Below, one piece after another: positions 34,957 through 40,887 of a DNA stretch of 40,887 nt. Location of the stretch: the IMG/VR virus record IMGVR_UViG_3300045988_136193; one strand, written 5' to 3'. The notes beneath the pieces are model-generated. The model was not told where the DNA came from. It did not search any database and saw nothing but the letters and a program-made list of their open reading frames with translations. Positions within the stretch are counted from its first letter, which is position 1. Each line of letters starts with the position of its first letter. The DNA comes from a virus. The translations under genes and the position numbers were made by a program.

Positions 34957-34982
34957 AACATCAATTAAGGGAGATTAAAGTT

Positions 34983-35306
34983 ATGTCAAACTTACTAAAT
35001 AAAATCAAATCATCACCAACACCAAAATATTATTCGGGTGAATTTGAGGCAAACACACCGCACCAAATTCCTGTTGATGTTTTTGGGCATATGAAAAACC
35101 GCACACTCAAAATCCACCGCATTGCTTTGTATGTTTGTGCCGCCGCGGTTACACTCTTTGCCGCTTATAATATGCACGAATGCAACAAATCTTTCGATAA
35201 TTGTTTGCACTTGCTGGAACAAATAGAAGTCAACAGCGCAATCCTAGACCAAGAAATCAATGAACTTTCACAAGCTATTAACGGTGTGGAGGTTGATTAT
35301 GAATAA
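34983..35306 (+). CDS. Hypothetical protein with one TM segment
   Basis: An AAGGGAG RBS is present. The TM segment is IALYVCAAAVTLFAAY. Confidence 0.5.
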   Translation: MSNLLNKIKSSPTPKYYSGEFEANTPHQIPVDVFGHMKNRTLKIHRIALYVCAAAVTLFAAYNMHECNKSFDNCLHLLEQIEVNSAILDQEINELSQAINGVEVDYE

Positions 35307-35532
35307 TTGGCAACCTTATCCGCAAAACAAGCCGGAACAAACAACGGCGGCAGAAATGGCAGATTATGCTGTGCTTGTGCCAAATCCTAACCGTGTTAAT
35401 AAAACCGGCTATAATGAACACACGCCGCGTTATCAACTCTATCTTGCATTTTGGCTAGGGGATAGGTTTGTCGGTGAAGATATGCGCGAGCTGAATGTTC
35501 ATTATTACATCACATTACCATCACATTCATAA
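35299..35532 (+). CDS. Hypothetical protein
   Basis: The ATG at 35299 follows a GGAGG RBS and overlaps the upstream stop. The track ORF 35260-35532 is an N-terminal extension. Confidence 0.45.
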   Translation: MNNWQPYPQNKPEQTTAAEMADYAVLVPNPNRVNKTGYNEHTPRYQLYLAFWLGDRFVGEDMRELNVHYYITLPSHS

Positions 35533-35546
35533 AGGAGGCTTATTTT

Positions 35547-35801
35547 ATGGTTAATATAGCAAAACTCCGCGCAGACCTTGAGGCGGCTTTACCGCCAATA
35601 GTAGCGCGCCGAAAAATAGACTACTATTTAGGCGGTTTATATAAAGGTGAAACAATGGCTGTTTATGATAGTCAAGGCAAAGGCATTAAAGATCCTGTGC
35701 GTATGGCAGACGGCAAAGTCGGCTACCTCAAAGATAACCTTATCGACTGGTTTATTTCAAAAGTGGAGGCGGCAAATGACATACCTAACGAAAACAGCTA
35801 A
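35547..35801 (+). CDS. Hypothetical protein
   Basis: An AAAGGAGG RBS is present. Confidence 0.5.
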   Translation: MVNIAKLRADLEAALPPIVARRKIDYYLGGLYKGETMAVYDSQGKGIKDPVRMADGKVGYLKDNLIDWFISKVEAANDIPNENS

Positions 35802-36054
35802 AGAACTTACTCAAAAATATCAAAATAACGAACTGCCTGCCGGACATTATTACTTTTGTGTCGGCGATATTACCCCAGATATCGGCTATTATAAACCGGC
35901 AGACACAGATACCTTTATTTTAGAAAGGCGGAAAAAATTCGGATTACCCGCGCCGCAACCCAAAATATATAACGGAACAACAACATTTGTCGGCGTGTTG
36001 AAAACCGTAACAATTCTAGCTCCTGTATTACCATATCATTGCGAGGAAGAATAA
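35776..36054 (+). CDS. Hypothetical protein
   Basis: The ATG at 35776 follows a GGAGG RBS. The track ORF 35647-36054 has a long, unlikely N-terminal extension that overlaps the previous gene. Confidence 0.45.
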   Translation: MTYLTKTAKELTQKYQNNELPAGHYYFCVGDITPDIGYYKPADTDTFILERRKKFGLPAPQPKIYNGTTTFVGVLKTVTILAPVLPYHCEEE

Positions 36055-36302
36055 TGGAAATCACCATACAAGACCAGCTCCGCTGTGTAGAGCGAGAAAT
36101 AAACAAACGCCAGTCTGTTTACCCGTGGTTGGTTGCTCGCGGTAAAATGACTAAAGGCACTCAAGATAAAGAAATTGCCACGATGCAAGCTGTTTATCAT
36201 ACGCTTGTCTTAGCCGAGCGAGTACACCTCCACCGCCGTTTTAACCAAAAGCAAGAACAATTAAAGACTGAGGAGGTAAAAAGCAATGTTCAAGAATTTT
36301 AG
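36054..36302 (+). CDS. Hypothetical protein
   Basis: The ATG at 36054 follows a GAGGAAG RBS. There is a TAATG overlap with the upstream stop. Confidence 0.45.
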   Translation: MEITIQDQLRCVEREINKRQSVYPWLVARGKMTKGTQDKEIATMQAVYHTLVLAERVHLHRRFNQKQEQLKTEEVKSNVQEF

Positions 36303-36558
36303 AGCGTTTATAAGGTGCAACACGCCTATCATTATCCGCCGCAAAACGCTGGAAAAAATGCTGGAAAATATGATTATCCGCTATGTTAATAACGTAATTA
36401 ACGTAATGGATAAAAACAACTTTAGCATAATAAATCCCGTTATTCGCGATTTAGAGTGCTTACGCAAAAACACGTGGGATCAGGATAAAATCACTCATAT
36501 ACAAAACTGGTTACGCAACAATTTCAAATACGCAAGGAAATACAGCAATGACAACTAA
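36286..36558 (+). CDS. Hypothetical protein
   Basis: A GGAGGT RBS is present. Confidence 0.5.
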   Translation: MFKNFRAFIRCNTPIIIRRKTLEKMLENMIIRYVNNVINVMDKNNFSIINPVIRDLECLRKNTWDQDKITHIQNWLRNNFKYARKYSNDN

Positions 36559-36826
36559 GAAAATAAAACCCATCAAATTTAATGAAATCAAATTATCGGA
36601 TACAGTAAAGGCAGATGACTTTATAGATATACGCGCCAATGTGCCGGAAGATATGGCAGAATTTTTTGATAAACACAAAAAAACCTTATTGCCGCACATT
36701 TTACCGCTTGTGGTAGTAATGAATCTAACAGGGCAAGTTTGCTTTTCGTGTTATATCGCCGTCAACGGTAAACGCTATGCTTTTGCTATCGGTGAAAGCG
36801 CGTCAGACGGCACACCATTAAATTAA
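36548..36826 (+). CDS. Hypothetical protein
   Basis: An AAGGAAA RBS is present. Confidence 0.45.
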   Translation: MTTKKIKPIKFNEIKLSDTVKADDFIDIRANVPEDMAEFFDKHKKTLLPHILPLVVVMNLTGQVCFSCYIAVNGKRYAFAIGESASDGTPLN

Positions 36827-36837
36827 GGAGGTATATT

Positions 36838-37077
36838 ATGGTTGAGATTAACGAGGGGCAAATATACCAACGCCCAAATGGTGCAAAACTACTAATAACC
36901 AGCTCAACACCTGTAAGGGAAAAAATATTAAATGAAAAAGTTGAGGGGCTTTATTGTTACATTACACCTTTTGGCTACACAAGCCACATTGCCGATAGTG
37001 TTCTTATTGGCTTAAAACTTATTGCCGAATATCAAACTTGGCAAGAGGCTGTTAATAGCAAGGAGTTTAACGAATGA
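36838..37077 (+). CDS. Hypothetical protein
   Basis: A strong TAAGGAGGT RBS is present. Confidence 0.5.
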   Translation: MVEINEGQIYQRPNGAKLLITSSTPVREKILNEKVEGLYCYITPFGYTSHIADSVLIGLKLIAEYQTWQEAVNSKEFNE

Positions 37078-37466
37078 TAATAGGTGGATTTAAGAAAAAC
37101 ATAGCGTCATATAACGATAGATTAAGATTTAGAGTTTGGGACAAAAGATTGAACCGGTATCTAGGCGAATATGACCCAATTCAGATGATAATGAGCAATG
37201 GTAATCTCGCCTATTTAGATGACTACGGAATGAAATTTTATGAAGTTGAACAATGCACCGGTTTAAAAGACCGGAACGGCACCTTTATTTACGAAGGCGA
37301 TTTGGTTAAAGATAAAGACGGATATATAGCTTATGTTGCTTGGTTTAATGGTGCTTGGTGGTTGAAGTCAGAACCCAGTCAAGCAATGGACAGAGAAAAT
37401 GAAGAAAACTACGCAGAATTTGAAGTTATAGGCAACATACACGAAAATAAGGAGCTATTAAAATGA
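37074..37466 (+). CDS. YopX-family protein
   Basis: The hallmark motifs FRVWDK...CTGLKDRNGTFIYEGDLV...EVIGNIHENKELL are present. Confidence 0.75.
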   Translation: MIIGGFKKNIASYNDRLRFRVWDKRLNRYLGEYDPIQMIMSNGNLAYLDDYGMKFYEVEQCTGLKDRNGTFIYEGDLVKDKDGYIAYVAWFNGAWWLKSEPSQAMDRENEENYAEFEVIGNIHENKELLK

Positions 37467-37717
37467 GTAAAAATATAACAAAATATTTGAGAACAATAGC
37501 AGTATCCGAATTTTCCAGTAAAAGATGTTCAAGAGATTGTCCATTCTGTAAAAAACATAATGGATTATATCGCTGCTATTTGCACTCATCTGGCAATTTT
37601 TTTGAAGACATAGAAGGTTTTGACGGTTATGATGATATTGATTCAAGAGAATATTCTGATGCAGATACGTACGGCTTTAAAAGAACAGATGGTTGTTTGA
37701 AAGTATTCGGAGAGTAA
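37463..37717 (+). CDS. Small Cys-rich hypothetical protein
   Basis: A CSRDCPFCKKHNGLYRCYLH cluster is present. The C-terminus is acidic. Confidence 0.4.
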   Translation: MSKNITKYLRTIAVSEFSSKRCSRDCPFCKKHNGLYRCYLHSSGNFFEDIEGFDGYDDIDSREYSDADTYGFKRTDGCLKVFGE

Positions 37718-37721
37718 AAGA

Positions 37722-38324
37722 ATGACTGATTTAACGCAAGATTGGAAAGACGGCAAACTGAAAGAGGGCAACTATTACATAAAATTGAATACTGGAGAGG
37801 TCGTTATTGACTATTACAGATGGAATGAAGATTTTGACGAATATTCTAGGTATATATTTGATTATCACAATGATGACGATATTGCCACAGTTATCCAAAA
37901 AGTTCCTGATTATAACCTTTGGCAAAATATGTGGAACACCGCCGATATGGAACACAAAGCCAATAATAAATTGCTTAAAAATGTGGAACGGCTTGAAAAA
38001 GAAAATAAAGAGCTTAAGAAACAAGTTAATCATTTAAGTAAAACGCAAGCACGGCAATTTATGGATAATCAGAAATTGCAGGTAAGAGCTGAAAAAGCCA
38101 AAGATGTTGTTGACATTACCACAGCAAAGAAAATTAAGCAATTCAAAGAATTGTTGAAAGACCTACAATCAGAGGCTATTGACGCATTAACAGCTATTCA
38201 AAACGATTGTGAAAGTGATGATTTTTCTATCTTTAATTATCCCGAAGTGCAAACTTTTTATACACTTTCAGAAAAAATTGATGAGGAGTTAAAAAATGAC
38301 AGAAAATGTAACAATAACCTTTGA
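37722..38324 (+). CDS. Hypothetical protein with a coiled-coil segment
   Basis: A 200-aa ORF. The central region is heptad-like (LLKNVERLEKENKELKKQVNHL). Confidence 0.5.
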   Translation: MTDLTQDWKDGKLKEGNYYIKLNTGEVVIDYYRWNEDFDEYSRYIFDYHNDDDIATVIQKVPDYNLWQNMWNTADMEHKANNKLLKNVERLEKENKELKKQVNHLSKTQARQFMDNQKLQVRAEKAKDVVDITTAKKIKQFKELLKDLQSEAIDALTAIQNDCESDDFSIFNYPEVQTFYTLSEKIDEELKNDRKCNNNL

Positions 38325-38490
38325 ACAAGACAGTAAAAAAGCCGTTGCTAAAATGACTATTGACGGCAACCGTGTTACTTGCACCTTAGATTTTGAACCA
38401 TCGCTCGAAACAAAAGATATGAATAAACCGGCGGCAACCTATGTAAAACTTGCCTTTGAGTTTATCAAATTTCTCAAAGGAGGGAAATAA
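38296..38490 (+). CDS. Hypothetical small protein
   Basis: A GAGGAG RBS is present. The gene overlaps the upstream gene's end. Confidence 0.4.
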   Translation: MTENVTITFEQDSKKAVAKMTIDGNRVTCTLDFEPSLETKDMNKPAATYVKLAFEFIKFLKGGK

Positions 38491-38538
38491 TGAGTAAAAA
38501 TGATTTTATAGATGAACTCAATAAAAGGAGCAGAGCCG

Positions 38539-39015
38539 ATGACTAAAGAAATCCTTGACGCTTGTTGCGGTGCCAAAATGTTCTATTTTAACAAAGACAA
38601 TCCTAACGTTTTATTTATGGATAAGCGCCTGATTGATACTTTTTTATGTGATGGGCGTAGGTTTGAAATCAAGCCGGATATTATAGGTGATTTTAAGAAT
38701 ATGCCTTTTTCAGATGAAAGTTTTAGCCTTGTTGTTTTCGATCCACCGCACTTACACAAAGTTGGTGATAACAGTTGGTTAGCCATAAAATACGGAAAAC
38801 TACAAGACGATTGGCAAAACGAATTGAAACAAGGTTTTAATGAGTGTTGGCGTGTCCTTAAAAAAGGCGGTACTCTTTTATTCAAATGGAATGAAACAGA
38901 TATACCGGTGAAAAAAATAATTGATTTATTCGGTGTTGAACCTTTGCTTTTTAATAAAAGGGATAAAACGCACTGGATTGTATATTTTAAGGGGGGGGAA
39001 AGTAATAATGGCTAA
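38539..39015 (+). CDS. Small phage Dam-like DNA methyltransferase (about 158 aa)
   Basis: The N-terminus has ILDACCGAKMF. The motif VVFDPPHL is the (D/N)PP(Y/F/H) motif IV. WRVLKKGGTLLF is also present. The ATG at 38539 follows an AAAGGAG RBS. Confidence 0.55.
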   Translation: MTKEILDACCGAKMFYFNKDNPNVLFMDKRLIDTFLCDGRRFEIKPDIIGDFKNMPFSDESFSLVVFDPPHLHKVGDNSWLAIKYGKLQDDWQNELKQGFNECWRVLKKGGTLLFKWNETDIPVKKIIDLFGVEPLLFNKRDKTHWIVYFKGGESNNG

Positions 39016-39388
39016 CACCTTAAAACTTGTCCTCACGGATCATTGGTTTGAGGAAATAAAATCAGGCAGAAAAACGCACGAATATAGGGAGTGCAAATGG
39101 TTTTGGATAAAACGCATAATAATGGGCGTGCAAGACAGAGAGGATATTTACCGTTGGACAATAGGAGATAGCGATTTTGAGAACTTACCAAGAGATATAA
39201 ACGAACACTTTTGGGGATATGGCTTTATGTATGGTTTTTGTTATGTGGAGTTTCAAAAAGCATATCGTAAGAACGCAGAAAAAATGCTTTTTAACGTAAG
39301 AAATGTAACGATTATAAACGGAAAAAGCACCGACTTAAATACAGATAAATGGGTTTTTGACATTGAACTAGGGGAGCGTATAAAATGA
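39008..39388 (+). CDS. ASCH-domain protein
   Basis: The motif LKLVLTDHWFEEIKSGRKTHEYRE matches the ASCH/PUA-like N-terminal pattern. The ATG at 39008 follows a G-rich RBS. Confidence 0.5.
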   Translation: MANTLKLVLTDHWFEEIKSGRKTHEYRECKWFWIKRIIMGVQDREDIYRWTIGDSDFENLPRDINEHFWGYGFMYGFCYVEFQKAYRKNAEKMLFNVRNVTIINGKSTDLNTDKWVFDIELGERIK

Positions 39389-39633
39389 TGACATCTTTAG
39401 AAAAAGCCTTAATTACAAAACTTGAAGAATTGGCCTATGAAAATGAACAGCTTGCTAAACAAAATAGCCGCCTCACAAAAGTTGTTGAGTATGCACAGGG
39501 CTTATGCGAACAGCTAGTTGCAAGTAAAGCCTCAAAAACAGACGCGCCGGATCAGTGTGTGTATTTTAATGATATATCTATTACCGGTATTCTAAAAGAC
39601 ATTAACAAGGCTTTGGAGGTTAATAATGAATAA
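39385..39633 (+). CDS. Hypothetical coiled-coil protein
   Basis: An 82-aa ORF with an ATGA overlap to the upstream gene. Confidence 0.45.
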   Translation: MMTSLEKALITKLEELAYENEQLAKQNSRLTKVVEYAQGLCEQLVASKASKTDAPDQCVYFNDISITGILKDINKALEVNNE

Positions 39634-39694
39634 AGACCAGCGCGGATTTTATTAAACTAAAAGACAGCTTAACCGGAAAAAGGAGAAAACAAAA

Positions 39695-39898
39695 ATGAAC
39701 AGAAACGTTTATATAATTATTTATAAGGGCGGCGACGGTTTAGAACAAGCCGGTAATGAATGTTATGATGCGCCTTGTCAAGCTCAAGAGAAAATTATAC
39801 AACTTGAAAAACAATATGGTAAATCTATGAAATTTCAGTTATGCAAAATTTCCGTTTGGCAAACAGCAAAAGGTGGAATCGCAAAGGTAGGAGAGTAA
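39695..39898 (+). CDS. Hypothetical small protein
   Basis: An AAAAAGGAGAAAA RBS is present. Confidence 0.45.
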   Translation: MNRNVYIIIYKGGDGLEQAGNECYDAPCQAQEKIIQLEKQYGKSMKFQLCKISVWQTAKGGIAKVGE

Positions 39899-39899
39899 T

Positions 39900-40451
39900 A
39901 TGGAAGTATATGGTTATATCATTGTAAAATCAAAATCAACCAAGTATGCCGCCTTTTTATCAAACGCCGGAGGAGTAACTTTTGATATTCGTGATGCCGA
40001 GCAATACACTCTTAAAGAGGGTTTAGCTATGCAAAAGTCAAATAAATATATGGTTTGGATTTCCACGCTTGAGTTAGAAAAATACAAAATGATTGTTGCG
40101 CCGATTGATAATATAGAACAAATGGATGCAGATGCCGAGTTTGCTTGTGAGTTATATACTTGGTTGCTTAATTCGGATTTAGGGGAAGCTTTTACTTATG
40201 GTTGTTGGTGGGGTAATATGCCTTATTGGGGATATGAAATAGTTGACACTCCACGCGGTGAAAAGCAAAGTTTTGAACACAACTTTGAGGACGAGCAAGG
40301 CAATGTATTAAATCTACCGGAAAAATTTAAATATATATACCACGAATATTGCCATCAACGAACACGCGGCATAGAGGGGGATAGTTTTGAGGGAGAATTA
40401 TATTTTCCTCTCCCAAGCGGTAAATATATGTGCTGTCATTATGAATGTTAG
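39900..40451 (+). CDS. Hypothetical Trp/Cys-rich protein
   Basis: A TAGGAG RBS is present. The 183-aa protein is the last gene before the att region. Confidence 0.5.
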   Translation: MEVYGYIIVKSKSTKYAAFLSNAGGVTFDIRDAEQYTLKEGLAMQKSNKYMVWISTLELEKYKMIVAPIDNIEQMDADAEFACELYTWLLNSDLGEAFTYGCWWGNMPYWGYEIVDTPRGEKQSFEHNFEDEQGNVLNLPEKFKYIYHEYCHQRTRGIEGDSFEGELYFPLPSGKYMCCHYEC

Positions 40452-40600
40452 CTAACATCCGAATCGGATTTATAACGTTTTGCTACCTCCGGCAAGACGT
40501 TATTTTTATGTCATCACAAACCGCCGAATCTACTAGGAATCAATCTAACATATTGAATAATCAAATTTATTGTGTGCCATTGGCTGTATTTAAAATCAGT

Positions 40601-40674
40601 ATAATGTTACAAACACCACATAATGTTGTAAATAATGTTACACAACCATTTTGTTGACATCAGCAAAATGGTTG
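40601..40674. promoter_or_regulatory. ATAATGTT direct repeats and an 11-bp-stem hairpin in the P-arm region
   Basis: The motif ataatgtt occurs three times at 40601-40640. The hairpin has stem caaccattttg/caaaatggttg and loop ttgacatcag (40643-40674). Confidence 0.35.
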
Positions 40675-40706
40675 TAAGTCGTAAAAAAACGAAAAATACT
40701 GATAGA

Positions 40707-40763
40707 TTTTAATTTCTTTTAATTGCTTTTAATGATAAAATTAGGGACAGATTAGGGACAAAT
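40707..40763. promoter_or_regulatory. P-arm-type integrase-binding repeat block (attagggacag x2)
   Basis: The block is near-identical to 148-204. Tandem attagggacag copies lie at 40740-40760. Confidence 0.6.
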
Positions 40764-40812
40764 TTCTAAAATCAGATATTTTTACCGCCGTTTGTTGTTA
40801 GATAAAAAAATA

Positions 40813-40836
40813 AAAGCCTTGATTTTTCAAGGCTTT
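40813..40836 (-). terminator. Rho-independent terminator immediately downstream of the tRNA 3' end
   Basis: A stem aaagcctt/aaggcttt with an 8-nt loop is followed on the minus strand by ttatttttttatc. Confidence 0.6.
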
Positions 40837-40887
40837 GAAATGGTGCCGATTATGTGACTCGAACACACGACCCACGCATTACGAATG
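40837..40887 (-). tRNA. Partial tRNA-Thr(CGT)-like gene, anticodon arm to CCA, truncated by the window edge. It is also the right att core copy.
   Basis: On the minus strand the sequence reads ca-TTCGTAA-TGCGT (anticodon CGT), variable region, T-arm GTGTG-TTCGAGT-CACAT, AATCGGC-A-CCA. It is identical to 1-51. Confidence 0.7.

Larger units (their letters stand above)
1..40887. mobile_element. Temperate podovirus-like phage genome. It is either a prophage bounded by attL/attR, or a circular contig with a terminal overlap.
   Basis: Identical 51-bp terminal direct repeats. An integrase gene lies next to the left repeat. Complete structural, lysis and immunity modules are present. Coding is a leftward block from 1423 to 33596 and a rightward block from 33757 to 40451. 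Confidence 0.85.

Noticed and set aside
35647-36054. 135-aa ORF with a long N-terminal extension overlapping 35547-35801
   Set aside because: An internal ATG at 35776 with a GGAGG RBS gives a non-overlapping 92-aa gene. The extension is probably untranslated.

Overview
The window is almost entirely one temperate-phage genome of about 40.9 kb, either an integrated prophage or a circular phage contig. A 51-bp direct repeat sits at both ends (1-51 and 40837-40887). On the minus strand it reads as the anticodon-arm-to-CCA 3' portion of a tRNA-Thr(CGT)-like gene, which is the typical att core of tRNA-integrating phages. Imperfect 57-bp arm-type repeat blocks (attagggacag tandems) lie inboard of both ends, and a tyrosine integrase gene starts at 209. 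The interior shows podovirus-like synteny in T7 gene order, all on the minus strand. It runs TerS, TerL, portal, scaffold, major capsid, tail-tube-like genes, internal virion proteins, a 3031-aa giant protein, then tail fibers. There is no tape measure, sheath or tube. The giant protein has an ART-like H-Y-E motif and two HExxH zincin motifs, resembling the large polyvalent proteins of phages. The clearest system is a complete diversity-generating retroelement (DGR). It comprises an RT gene (3328-4479/4533) with YMDD and the DGR-type LGxxxSQ motif, a 127-bp template repeat (4726-4852), an Avd-like gene (4882-5289), a GC hairpin (5314-5337), and a variable repeat (5359-5485) at the 3' end of the distal tail-fiber gene (5348-6391). 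All 12 TR/VR mismatches fall at template adenines on the coding strand. Other features are a lysis cassette (SleB-like endolysin, holin, overlapped Rz/Rz1 spanins) and a small NrdD-like glycyl-radical mini-protein beside the integrase. The region 30641-31232 looks like an origin, with two perfect DnaA boxes, an AT-rich tract and a TGGTAAC iteron array. Two DNA methyltransferases and a GapR (DUF2312)-like protein are present. Divergent Cro-like and XRE repressor genes share TTCTAAAAAAGAATA-type operators, with a lipoprotein plus small membrane protein unit between the repressor and the early promoter. A rightward early operon of small genes follows (YopX, ASCH, a small Dam-like MTase). A conserved ~100-bp leader is duplicated upstream of the portal gene and the tail-tube-A-like gene. 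No replication initiator or polymerase genes were recognised. GC is roughly 38-40%, and GapR-like and SleB-like content weakly suggests a low-GC alphaproteobacterial host; this host inference is speculative.
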